From Cirrosporium novae-zelandiae (taxonomy: Eukaryota), in the NCBI GenBank assembly GCA_026023565.1, contig JAPETS010000021.1, positions 310,001 through 374,000 on the forward strand: 64,000 nucleotides of DNA. Direction: 5' to 3'. The notes beneath the pieces are model-generated. The model was not told the origin of the DNA, searched no databases, and worked only from the letters and a program-made list of their open reading frames with translations. Positions 1 to 12,170 of the stretch are shown here, piece after piece; the first letter of the stretch is position 1, and each line of letters begins with the position of its first letter. A program made the position numbers and the translations under genes.

Positions 1-1244
1 TTCTACTAGCTGGGATATTTCTGCATTTTAGCCTCCTGTCTTGACTTTGCTCCAAACACACCTGCCTACATCTCAACAGACCAAAAAGACAGTTTTTGTT
101 TTTTTTTTTTTTTTGTTTTTTTGTTTAGGAAAGGCTGCTCGTACCTCACAGTATTTTTTAAATGCACCTCCCTGTGTCGCCTTCTTGATTGGGGTATAAT
201 TGGGGTATAATTTAAGGTACGTAAGATAGGTGTGTGCCAGCGTCACTACTTGGATGATGGTTTTGTAAGGAGTGCTCAGTTCTCTAGTCTTCTTATATTC
301 CAATATTTTAACACCTGCGGTGCTCTGGTGCTAACCGAGTGAGTGACGAGAGTTCCGAATATCAAATACAATGTGACGTATGATGGCGCAAACGTTTTGC
401 GATTATGATAACAGAAAATAGCTTGGCTGGGTTAAAGGGTAATAGAGTTTTGATGAAAGAATGAATGGTCGTGGTAATTTAACGATCTGGTTGACTGAAT
501 GGCTGTACGGAATAGAAGTGAAAGGTACAGAACGGTGTCGATGTTGGCAGTGTCGAAAATGTCGAAAAAAAAGTGAAGGGTTGAAAAGAGCGTAGCTGTG
601 ATGTTTATACCCGGAGCCTGTCAGGTCATAAACAGACAGGGCATGTCTGGAAAATGATATGCCACGGGGCGCAAAAGCAGAGGGGTTCTTGGACTTGAAG
701 CGTTCAACGGCTCGCAGTTCACAGTTCACGGATGGCAGCTTCTTGGAAGGTTATGATGGTCATAATTTATTGACCAAGGCCCATTGTCGCCCAGATAACA
801 GATACAAAACCAAAGACTGAAGAGAGAAATATGCAAGCTACCCAAAACTGCCCCTGAGCGATCAACAGGGTAGAGATAATTACCTTGATTCTCTGGTCTA
901 CCTTTGAGGGGGGTATGTTGGAGCAGCTAGATAGGTAAGATACCAGGATACCTAGGTAACCTTACTAAAGTAGAGACCTTTAGGATTATTACTTTAATAC
1001 AGCCAGACCTACTTTGTAAACGACAAGGGCACGTGGAGAGTCGGTTTATTAAAGGATAGGACCGAGAGTGATCCAAGGGGACGCTTGTGCGAAACTTCAA
1101 ATTGACTAGCCATTTGACAATTTGCGACTACAGGGACTGGCCCTCCAAGTACCGAGAGTGCCCTACAGGGTAAGAGATAATACGAACTTATGTTAGTTAC
1201 CCCCCTCCCCCAAATTATCTACCTAGGTACTTCATTCCCCACCA

Positions 1245-1945
1245 CTAAGGATCCCTTCTAGTCTTAAAAAGGCTGAGATCCAGTGGAATCTTTTCACCCA
1301 TCCATGTAGCTCTCTGGCTGTGATCTCTTTCTTCCTCATCCGTATTCGGGTGCACGAGGACACTAAGCGGACCCCGGTTGATGACAAGCCACGAGATAAA
1401 CGCCCCGAATTGGCTAGGGCTAAAAATGTTGACTTCAAACATCCCTATGGGATGTGGCCCGACTGGCTTCTCCCAAACCTGGTAGATCCGCAGCTCAGGA
1501 ACTGCCATTCTTAGCACTCATCGAGAATGATCGCTTTGAGATGCCATCAATTGAAGCGACTCAAACAACTTACATTCACGTCGGATACGCTCCCAAAGTG
1601 CAGCTGCAAATTCTATCTGCCTCTAGTATGTGGTGAGCACACGCTTAAGGTTCAAGTAGTTCGATTAACTCGCGGGAGGTAAGAGGTCTCACGGGAAAGA
1701 AATAGATATGCGCATCAAATCCGCCCCTGCTGCTGTTGGAAATAGGATGCTGAAATTCTTCGTATGCTGTACTTTTCCTGGCAGCTGGAGGGTTATAATA
1801 GCTCTTGCCGTCATCGTTTCTTTCACTGGGACGCAATCAGTTCGTGCACCTTAATATGCTCGGGGACTGCGAACTTAGGCAAAGGCGCAAGCTTCTCTGA
1901 GTCATCTAATGGCCATGGGTAAGAATATGCGGATGGATCTGCCAT
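1245..1945 (-). CDS. DOPA 4,5-dioxygenase (DODA)-family protein, 4 exons
   Basis: Spliced translation MADPSAYSYPWPL...GGFDAHIYFF...ALWERIRREFPELRIY...PVGPHPIGMFEVN...GPLSVLVHPNT...DHSQRATWMG matches the fungal DOPA_dioxygen family; GT-AG introns. Confidence 0.88.
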
Positions 1946-2232
1946 TATGGATATTCCGATCTAGAACATAAAGCATTTGTTTTAACAGTGGACGTTAAAA
2001 ATCAAGGCCTCCATCAAGTATGATTAATGTAATATCACGTGATATATTGGAAATCAATCTCTAAACTACCATACAGTATAAACACGGCCACTTAAATACA
2101 TAGCATACGCACTAACTTAATAGCTACTTGCTCTTTCGTTCTTAAGTTCACTTCTTTACGATAACTACTTCCAGTGACCTTCAATTCCAATATCAGATGA
2201 TTAATCTTCACCCTGTATTAACACCTTCCTAT

Positions 2233-3571
2233 TCATAAGTAGGTATCTCCGTTCAGGTGGCTATCCCACTCTGCGCCTGTTGTAACTTCTCCTTCTATTC
2301 CAATGTGTTTCCCCCTATCCCACTCCCTCCCTTCCCCTTTCCTTCCCCATCTCAGATTCGCAGTGCGATATTCGGTTCCCCTCTCCAGCCTTGTTACCTC
2401 GCCTTCCGAAAACCCCGCCTCTCTCAATCTCTGCGCACCACGTTCCTTCCATAGCTGTCTATCTCTCATGGCTTCTAAGGCTTGATCCCAGTCATCATCG
2501 GATTCGGCATTAGGTTGCATATCCAGAGATGGATTATAATTTGGCGAGAAGTGTGAATCAATTATGGATTGGTTTAAGACACCACGGCCTCGTGGAATAA
2601 TGTTTGAAGAGGATGCAAGGGGGAGGGATGGGCCAATAAGGTCACAGAGAGGATCAGAATCTGTGGATGAGGCTGATCGGAACCGGGAGCGGGAGGAAGA
2701 TAACTTATTTATCTTCTCTTTAGATCCGCTAAGCTTAAACCCTCGTCTTCGAGATGAACTCCTGTTTGGTGACAACCCTCTAGCATCTGAAAGATGATTG
2801 CTCCGGAAATGAGGACTTATAGGTGATGACTTCTCCACAGCGGGTGACCGAGATCGTTGTTTGTGATAGCCAGGTTCAGATACCTCTGATGAAGAGGATC
2901 TCGATTTTTCTTTGAATGGACGTTTCTCATCGCTTCCCCGTCTCCCCCCGACATCTGTGGGAATCCTATCATATTTCCGATGCTGATGATGACGAACCCG
3001 TGAAGAACGCGAATACTGTCCTTTGTCGAACTTGTGGCTGCTATATTCAGTTTGTCGCTTCCTATGTGCTCTACCATTACTGCATTGTCTTCGGTTTTTT
3101 TCGTTTTCTGATTCCGACGGGTCAAGAAATCTTCTTTGATGTCGGTCATTTTTGTCGCAACCATGAACTTTCCTACGTTTCGAATCGGGCCCATTATTTT
3201 CTGGACGATTATCTGAAGGCCATAGCCCAGGTTCAGGAGGGTAAGTGCACTGTTCGCTCCGCTTCCCAAGTTGCTTCAGTCTCGTTCGGGAATCTTGTAT
3301 TTCTCGAGCCCTCAAAGCGGCGTTGTGGTTATCGGTCTCTCGAATGATATTTTGGAGAAATCTGGTATTTGGTTTTGGCGCGGCATTAACAGGCCTATGG
3401 ATGCCCTCGAAAGTTAGTAGATTTGAAGATTATAGAATAAATAAGAAAGTCTCACCTCTTTGGCAAGTAAGCCTGTAAACCTAGCGAAGAATATCGAATT
3501 GAACTGTCCCGGGCATCCTTCTTTAGCATATCAGCGACGATATCATCGTCCAAAAGGTCTTCAAACGGCAT
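2233..3571 (-). CDS. Conserved fungal Arg/Ser-rich protein of unknown function, possibly nuclear or splicing related, 2 exons
   Basis: Exon 1 MPFEDLLDDDIVADMLKKDARDSSIRYSSLGLQAYLPKR; exon 2 has KPNTRFLQNIIRETDNHNAAL, an RS-rich middle and C-terminal DDWDQALEAMRDR...WGRKGEGREWDRGK. Confidence 0.75.
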
Positions 3572-3851
3572 TTTAGAACCAGTTGTGGGACATGTACAGT
3601 ATGTAAAGCATGTGTCATATATCCTTAGGTAATTTAGTAATGATCCTCTTATAGTCGCTGTGTTGAGGAGCTTTACTGAAGTTCTTGATAAGCCGAGCTC
3701 CGTGCACGGCATGGTAAGGCTGACGGGACTGTATATTATCACATGAAGATGCGGCATGTTCCGAACGCACCTTCCTGGGATAAAATGTAAACAACTACAT
3801 TCTACAAAAGTACACAAGTCCTGTGTCTTGAAATATCAAGTATTAGGAAAT

Positions 3852-4743
3852 ATGGTCTTGTCGCCTGAAGAATCGCTTCATGAAATAAAACAGTTACATG
3901 AAAGTCAAGAGTTTTGTATATTGAAACTTAGCGAACCAATATCCGCAACCGTATTCTCTCTCACCAAGCGTGATTCTGATGTATCGAGTGACGCCTTCGA
4001 AAATACTACACCAGCAAGCCTAGAAAGTGACTTAACCCACTACAGAGTGTGCCAACCCCTTTCTATACTATAGCCCTTACTAATATATATTATGTCAGGA
4101 ACTCTTTGCCAAACTCCATTTTTCCTACCTAGAACAAGTCACAAAAGAGAAATTTCTCCGTGCCATCGTCGCTGAACCTCCGGAAATCTACACACCTGCT
4201 GAGAACATCGAGCTTGAACAACAGCTCTTTTGTACAAAGCAAGAGCTGAAAGCGCATAAAGAGGATCTACGACTACTAGTTGAAGAGCTCGAGAGGAAGG
4301 GAAAAGCTCTTGCCAAACAATATGAAGGCGTCCAACTACATACAGCTAAGCTAGAGAGCTTGCCAAATGAAATAATAGACCTCGAAAAGCAGATCGTAGC
4401 ATTGAAACAAATGCAGCACCTGAAGTCAGCAACCAAACCTGGTCAGGATCTTCCACTTCCGGCTACACTTTCACTACTCCGTACGAAAGAGAACAGTCTA
4501 GCACAACTGGAGAAACATATTGTTCAGTTAAAGGCCGCTGTCCCGCGGAAGTCACGAGAGGTGGAGAGATTGGACAATGAATTGAGACCATTGGAATTGC
4601 AGAAAGTAAATGCAGTTAATGCAGCAAATGAAACGAGGAAAAGGAAAGAACAAGGCGGGGGTGAAGATGGCTTATTAGAGAGAGGACGGTGGTGGAGAAC
4701 GTCAGAGACAGTTCTTGCAACAGTTCTGGGTTTTGAAAAATAA
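3852..4743 (+). CDS. SOS7: Kinetochore protein Sos7/Kre28-like, 2 exons
   Basis: Spliced TPASLESDLTHYR|ELFAKLHFSYLEQVTKEKFLRAIV followed by a long coiled coil; intron about 4047-4099. Confidence 0.78.
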
Positions 4744-5247
4744 ATCTACTACAATATTACAATTGTAATATGTAGATAAAAATAATACGAAGTAGAAGTG
4801 GCCCTTCAGACTTCTCTTATGGATACCGTAGTAAACGGAAGATGGTAGTAAAAAACTAATAATAAGTTGCATCTAACTTCACTAGATTTTAGTGATGGTG
4901 TTTGTAGGCTATGGATATGAACTTGTGCGTACATCTTTTATATGCAGACATAACTGATTTCCCATTTCTCTCCCACCTGATTGCGGCTGTACTATATGGT
5001 CTAAAACGTGACATTAAATCCACCTAGTACAGATCTGCTCCAAGGACTCGTTTACACAAGGATTCTTATCCCATACCAACTTTTGAAAAGTGAGCATTAT
5101 GAGATGGATTTCTTCATGAATGTTATAGGATCTGTCACCTAGTCTATATTGAAAACTTTCCAATTTCACAAGCGAGTAGATGTAGTTTCCCCGACAGACT
5201 TGGTGGGAATGAAGCACTGAATTGCAGCTCATAACTATCGGACATCC

Positions 5248-7665
5248 TTATCGCCTATTGGCTAGCCACTTATTCGCTTGAGTCCACTCACCTTCTTCCT
5301 TAGATTCATTTCCTATTGTCTCACAACTTTTGCAAACCTGGAAGTATATTCAGTATGAATTTTAAACAGAATAATTTATAATAAGGGATAATACTTACAG
5401 CATCCCATAACCTGAACGCTGTGTTGAGGCTACTGGAGATATCGTTTGCGAATTGAAACCATTCCTTACACTTCCCTATCGACACCTGCTTGCTTGCTGG
5501 GAGGGTAGGGGTTTCAGAGCCAGCAAGGTCATCAAGATAAGCTCTTACAGCAATACCCATTAGACAATTATTCTCGTCCAGGAAAGGTAGATCAAGACTC
5601 AGTTTATTTAAATCGTCACGATCTCGATTGGCATCTCCATTAAGAAGGAGCGTTGTGAGAGTAACTTCGACCAAATCACGCAAGGCGACACGCACAGCAG
5701 AAATCATGGCAAGATAAGCAAGAAGCTGCCTATCAAGGGGACCAGAGTAACCAACATGTTGGTGCTCAAGTGTTCCAAGACAAGCCACTCTCGAAAGAAG
5801 TAAGCAGTATCTCTTATCTTCATCTGATCCAGTAATGGCACCACCAGAATATGCCGGGAAAAACGGCCTCGAGCTTAGAAGGCCAAGACGCATGAGCTCA
5901 ATTGCAAGAAATAAGGGCTCTTCGAATTCATCTGAGGGGTCGGCAGCCGCCAAGCCCGCTTCCAAAGCTTTTCCCCATTTAGTTAACTCATGCTTGGCGT
6001 CGATATATCCTCTTAGTTGGAGAAATCTCCAGAGTGTGTTGCAGACGATTTCATCTGGGGTACTAAGAGTATGGGAAGTATCCTTTGGGGTGATCGATTT
6101 TGCCGCAAAGTCTCTATCGGCCAAAGAGCTCACAGCAAACCGCAATGACCTAAGAGGTACATTGATCTTGCGGCTTTGAGTGTCGAGTAGTTGAGAGTGT
6201 ACATTCCAGTCTGCAATTGTATTTTTTAAGGAGGGTAATCCTTTCAAACTAATCACTCTGTCGTTTCTATCAATTCTGTCCTCAAACCAGCAGCGTATAG
6301 AGATTTCCTTGCTGTGATAGAATCGATGCAAAGAATTAGAAAGTAGAGAAAGTGCCTGTGTTCTCAACGGGTTCAGTTGATCCTGCACCAATTTTCTATA
6401 GTCTTCCGAATTTGCTTCGTCGAAGGGTGGCTGCACAACAATTCTTCCAGATGTGAGCCAGTTCGGAACTCGTGGAGAGAGAACACCACAGAAGACGTAA
6501 AAATACAGCTCATCAGGGAGTCTTTGGCCAATGAATTCGTGGACATCTGAAGGCGCATGCTCTACATCAAATGGCTCGACTTTACCGTCAGCAGTCATCA
6601 CCACGTGGTGTTTAACAGCCATAAAGGCCCGCCTATATTTGTCAAGGTATTGTGAGTTACCAAGCTGCGGGTCATCTTGATAGTGATTAACAAGTCCAGT
6701 AACATTTCTACCCAATGAATGCATCATATTCACGATTTCTCGAATGCCATAGCCTTTTGGATAAAACACTGGGTTTTCCAGGGGAGGAAATGTTGGAAGT
6801 ATGGAGGAACCTGCCAGCAAGCATACGTCCACGAAGAAATCATTCGAAATCCTTAAGTCGTCTATGCAGCTACGTCTGCTAATCCAAGAGAATGTCGAGT
6901 CATCGAAGTCGAACTTAGTAATGACTTTATCAACGTCAAATATGAAGAGTTCAGTAGAACCAGCAATAGCATCAACAAATTGAATTGAGTGTTTATCAAG
7001 ATATGCGAGCTAAAGCAGGTTAGCTTCGTTCAAGTTTCATATCAGGGCTTGAAAAGAGGACTAACTTGTGCCAAAGCACTGTATGGGGCCACTTGAAAAG
7101 CAATGTTTTGGTTGAGTAAAACCTTTTGTAGAGCCCTATGAAGATGTCCGGGCTTAATGCTGTCTATAAGCCACATTAGCATAGGTAGTACTTCTAGAAG
7201 CTAAACTCCGATCATATACCTGAACTCCCAAATATTTCGACAACCTTTTCGGCCTGTTGCCGATCGTAGAAATCCCATGCCTGAGCATTGGCCTGGAGCG
7301 CAGTTGTAAAGGATGCTAGAGAAGTCTCACCCTTCCCAAAGTCCATCCCATTGAATACAAATACCGGTGTTATCTCGAAACTTCGCAGGATATTTAAGTT
7401 TCCCTCGACAACTCCTCTGAAGCCAAACAGAGTGCCACCATGAGCAGGAAGAAGAGGTTCCTTATACTTCGGGTTGCTCAAGTATTGTTCAAGGTAGTTA
7501 GTCGCATCAATGCCGATCCGAGTACCCTTCAGCGCTGCTAACGGTAAAGTCTGGACATGATTACTTGCCCACTCATCGAGCGTCCGAACTCCAAGATCAA
7601 GGTCAGCACCAGAATGTCAATCAAAAATATCCAAGAGTCCAACTGCGTATAAACTTACTTGTCAT
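5248..7665 (-). CDS. MKT1: Mkt1 (XPG/PIN-like domain post-transcriptional regulator), multi-exon
   Basis: IGIDATNYL, EPLLPAHGG, ITPVFVFNG, VAPYSALAQL (XPG-like N-terminus); PSDVHEFIGQRLPDELYFY, WRFLQLRGY, GYSGPLDRQLLAY (Mkt1 C-terminus). 7-nt first coding exon; last exon ends ANKWLANRR*. Confidence 0.88.
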
Positions 7666-8391
7666 TTTGTGTGTGTCGAGGATGTCTAAGGTTACATAAA
7701 CGGAGCTCTCAGGTAAAGCAAGGCTAGCAGTCCCGAGGTGATGAATGAAGGAATAAATAGATGTTAGAGGTAAGAAGTGATAGAGGGAGGATTAGGTGAA
7801 GTGAAGAAACCTCTTTCGATTCTGATAGATATTCGTTTGTTTGAGTTCGTTCTTAGGGCGACCGGTCGCCGATGAGGAGAGAGCTTAAGCTCCGGTAGTG
7901 GGACTGAGGAGAAGTGTGCAGCACGTATAGTAAGGTACTTGCCTATAGTAATTAATTAACAGGTCGTAGTTTGATAGCAACTAGTTAGGTACTCTAATAG
8001 CGAAAGACTGGAAGAAGGAAAGAGCACCTTACCTATATGTAGGTATGGAGTACCTATATTTTTTGCTGTTGTAAACTGAGTAAAAGGAAGTAGTCTAATT
8101 ACCAGGTGTCTATTTATTGCCTGGTTATTAAGGCATACATAATACCGTTGGAGTCTCGCATAGTTGAAGGCTGAGTCAGGCATTGGTTCAACGGTTTTAA
8201 TTATGGCTTATCAGCATATCGTTTATATCGTCCTTATCATCAATACCATATAAAAAGTATTAAGAGTCCTCATGCCTTGACTGTGTGTTCCTTCGACTTG
8301 TCCTTGTTATAGGCAGCGGTCGATAATTTTGTTAATAGTTGCCTCCAGAAGGCATCTCCAGCAAAGTAAAGGGTGGAGGTTCATCGACCAG

Positions 8392-9651
8392 TGACTCCCC
8401 CGATATCCCAGTCATTGACATAGCCAATCTTACTCCTTCGACCGGAGACGAGCCCGTAGCAGCCGCTATTAAATGGTATTAAATGGGGATTTATCTACAT
8501 CAAGAGCAATGGAACTGGCTTCACCGCAGATGACATCAGCACCACATTTAACACTGTATTCGTAATTTTATATTCTTGTTCTGGATTTCTCTTCTGATGA
8601 TGCACACTTGATATTAGTCCCGGAAGCTATTTGCTCTACCTACAGAAGAAAAGGAATACTACGCTAATTATTGATCCTGATATATGTCTACAACCTATGT
8701 ATTGCGTGTGGCCTTTTAAAGCTTAATGTGTTAGTACTTCTTCTGATTAGTTTCCTCAGAACAAGGGTTGGTCAAACATGTACTCGGAGACCCTAAATCC
8801 AAAGCACTAGAAAGTGAGTGGGATATTTCACGTTTGTCTATATCCTATGCTAATTGAAACTAGCTCGGAGACTTCAAAGAGTCTGCGGCCCCGCTCATGG
8901 AGAAATTATTTCTAACTTTTCCTTAAGAGCATTCAACTTTAGTGAAATCTTGAACAGCAAGGCAACTCAACAGCTTCCAAAAGCTCTTCTCCCCCATGAC
9001 CACTCTGGGGCTGTCCAGTTCTATTGTCCGTTTACTGGATGTATGTTTTTTCTAATACTGATACTTGTCTCTATGCACTATATCTCGTTACTTACTGCCA
9101 AAAGTACCCTCCATTAACCGCCAATAACGAGTACGACCTTGATATCCGTGCAAGAACCCATTCCGACTATGGTTCCATAACACTTCTCTTCTGGCACGTC
9201 CCAATACGCTATACTTGCCATTATATCTACTGATACCCCAGTTACATTGCCTATACTCCCGAACTAACTGGGATTAGAAGTCCGTTCAGCGGCTAGTATC
9301 TGGACGTCAGTCCTAGTTACTCCCCCAGCACCGTCGTCGACGAACCCCCCCCCCCCAATTCTTATAAACATTGCTGACATTCTTTCTTATTAGACAAATA
9401 GGGTTCTCAAAAGCACTATTCATCGGATGGTTTTTCTCAGTTCGGGGATGGTGGAGGAAATATACAGTATTGAATATTTTTATCATCCCTCAAACTCAAG
9501 GCCATTGGTCAGTGTTCTTAGCGAGATAGTAAGGGCACGGAACGAAGGGCCAAGGCTCAAGCAAACAAATATTCTTACTGCAGTAGAACATCTGAGAAGG
9601 AGGCTCGAAAAAACTTATGGGGTGGCTGTGGGCGACGCAGCTAAGGGCTGA
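8392..9651 (+). pseudogene. Degraded 2OG-Fe(II) oxygenase (isopenicillin N synthase-like/DIOX family)
   Basis: Fragments DIPVIDIA, GFIYIKSNG, RKLFALPTEEKE, NKGWSNMYSETLNPKH*K, RARTHSDYGSITLLF, PILINIADILSY*TNRVLKSTIHR, TAVEHLRRRLEKTYG. In-frame stops at 8808-8810 and 9391-9393, an apparent internal deletion/frameshift near 9000, and no clear ATG. Confidence 0.85.
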
Positions 9652-10316
9652 AGCGTACAAGTATAAGGTTCTCGGCGACAAAGGGAGTATATTCTACCCA
9701 ATTGATTACTTCACACAAAAATATCATTAGAGATACTCAATAACAATCACTTGCATTTACTTTCGTAATAGGGTCTGAGAACTATAAGAAGAGACGGAAT
9801 CGCGAATCCTGATACAAGCATTAAATGCTTACGGGATTTGTTGGGCCTTAAAAAGATTTGACTACAATAATAATCTGCAATGCCGCCAGTGCGAGGTATC
9901 TTTTCACATTCATGCCAAACAAGAGAAAGACAGGGAGACCATGTGTGTACTCTAAAGGGAATATCCATCCACTAATTCAAGGTCGAGCTCTTTACACCAC
10001 GTCAGCAAAGAAAGGGAGAATTCCCTCAGGGATATGTAAAGATGCCCCCCAAAATAAAAACAAGGGGTTCGAATATGGGAGAGGGGAAAACTTGGTCTCC
10101 AGGTCCTGCAACCAAGGCCTAATGACCAAAGGTTTCAAGAAAACATAATACAGAGCGTCATATGAGATTTTCCAACGTAATAATTGTGACCAGATATTTC
10201 AATTAGAACTTCAATCCCCAGTAACGCCCGAAATTCGGGATAAAAACGCCGTGTGAATGCTTCGCTGGGAATATGCAGAAACTTCATGACAACGAAGAAC
10301 CCCAAATACGCCTGTA

Positions 10317-12170
10317 TTAAGTTTGTTGTTTATCTGCCGCAACACACCAATGACGATGGTAGACCCAAGCACTTTTCTGACATTCTTTACTGCAATACTT
10401 CGTCCGTCGACAACGCCGACATTTTGCAAATTGACGGGTATATTCTTCCCATTTTCCGCATTGGTAGTATGCGCATTGCCTTATACCTCCCCTGGTATCA
10501 TCTTTACGGCAAAGATTCCTCATAACTACCCCTGCCCAATATTGCATGTCCTTTGAATGATGGCGGACGGTGAATTTTTCGACCAGCGGAAATATGTTAA
10601 AGTCGTCGGGCTGCAAATACTCCTCCTCTTCCTGGTCTTCCATCGCTGAAGACGCTTCAGCCTGGTTTTCTTCAAGTTTTTGCAGTTCGCTGGAAATCTT
10701 AAGCTTTGGGACAAGATGGGACCTTTGAAAATAAGTCCGTAAATAGCAATACTTTGATACGTACGCGAGAAGTTGCAAAGACATTAGAACATCCTCATCA
10801 CGTGGCATGGCAGCGAACACGCTGGCAGGGACAGATTGGTCTAGAAAACGTGGATAGAAGCCACTGTGGGTCAATGGAGAAGCTTGACCAAGGGTATTTA
10901 TTATTGGCTGTGGTGGAGCCCACGGAATTGTTGTATTCTCTTGAACTGCAGCCGTAGCGTGAACAGTACTGCCATCCAGACTGGAACGGTGAGTAATGTT
11001 AAAAGTCTCTGCAACTTGGGTATCAGAAGGGTTAATAGGAGTTGAGCTGCCGTCCAGCGGATCTCGATCATCCACTGTTTGCACATCCACAGTAGTTTGA
11101 ATATCTACAATTGGCTCCGGGTTTGTCACAGACGTGGAGGCTTGATCATCACTCGCAACCATTTCTTCTCCATTGCCGTCATCGGAGTCACCAGATGTTG
11201 ATTGTTGGTGGCGGATTGATGGCCGTCTCCGTGGCCTTCCCTCTAGGTTGGATATTCTGGGAGCTGAAAGATCTATACTTGGCGTAATTGGAGATTCGGG
11301 TCGTGATGCGACCCCAGTTTGCAATCCTGGAATCATGGATGGAAGACGCTCAGTATCACGAACTGGCCTTAATACGAACCCATCTGCCCTATCCATTGAC
11401 GGAACAGCAGTTGCTAAGGGTTGAGGTAATGCGTGTCGCTGCAGACCGGACCTTGACAAAGCCGTTTGTCTGTTGTCAACACGATGAATGGGATGATGAT
11501 TTCGGGAAAATGAAACCTGTTCAGGAGGTGATGTCAGGGCAAGCTGTACTGTAGGTGTAGACTCTGTAGTAACGGAATCAGTGGAAGGTTGACTTTCCGG
11601 GTACGGATGAGGTATTTCGATTGACGGAGGGGGGGCCTGGCGTCTGAAATGCCTATTATCATTATGTCCCGGGGTTCGGTCAAGAAAAGATGACCTGTTG
11701 GTGTGTTCGTGATTGCGGCTTGATGCTTTTGAACCACCGAGCCTAATAGCATTGCTCCTAACACGTGCCTCGGCCTTTTCTCGACACTTATCAACAAGCC
11801 GGATATAATTATCTAGCATTGTAGCTATAACAGGAACCATATCTGCTTCGACAACGCGTGTTCGAATGGTTTCGGACCCTCGGACACCAATATTGACTAC
11901 ACACTGAAATGCAAGGTTCCATTTCCAAAGGTCCATGGGATCTTTTTTCCGTCCATCCTTCAGAATGCAAACAAGCCTTTCGACGCCGCCATCAATGGTC
12001 AAAATCTCACGAATCCTCGCTGAAGACGTTGTCAGATAGGCGAGGTGGTTGAGGGAATTTATTAAAGGCAACGTAGATGTGCAGTCAAGGGCACGTCGGT
12101 CATAAAGAGCAGTTGTAATACCAACCGATGCTTTATTTGCATTGGGAATGCTGAAATTGACTTCTCTCAT
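10317..12170 (-). CDS. samB: MYND zinc-finger protein SamB/Mub1
   Basis: Single ORF of 617 aa: ITTALYDRRALDCTSTLPLINSLNHLAYLTTSSARIRE at the N-terminus and C-terminal MYND CAYYQC...CRRCRRTKYCSKECQKSAWVYHRHWC. Confidence 0.93.
   Translation of the reverse strand: MREVNFSIPNANKASVGITTALYDRRALDCTSTLPLINSLNHLAYLTTSSARIREILTIDGGVERLVCILKDGRKKDPMDLWKWNLAFQCVVNIGVRGSETIRTRVVEADMVPVIATMLDNYIRLVDKCREKAEARVRSNAIRLGGSKASSRNHEHTNRSSFLDRTPGHNDNRHFRRQAPPPSIEIPHPYPESQPSTDSVTTESTPTVQLALTSPPEQVSFSRNHHPIHRVDNRQTALSRSGLQRHALPQPLATAVPSMDRADGFVLRPVRDTERLPSMIPGLQTGVASRPESPITPSIDLSAPRISNLEGRPRRRPSIRHQQSTSGDSDDGNGEEMVASDDQASTSVTNPEPIVDIQTTVDVQTVDDRDPLDGSSTPINPSDTQVAETFNITHRSSLDGSTVHATAAVQENTTIPWAPPQPIINTLGQASPLTHSGFYPRFLDQSVPASVFAAMPRDEDVLMSLQLLAYVSKYCYLRTYFQRSHLVPKLKISSELQKLEENQAEASSAMEDQEEEEYLQPDDFNIFPLVEKFTVRHHSKDMQYWAGVVMRNLCRKDDTRGGIRQCAYYQCGKWEEYTRQFAKCRRCRRTKYCSKECQKSAWVYHRHWCVAADKQQT

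Noticed and set aside
1..760. ORFs 73-303 and 403-729 (minus strand)
   Set aside because: Low-complexity, with a poly-T tract and no motifs; more like the 5' UTR or promoter of a gene beyond the left edge.
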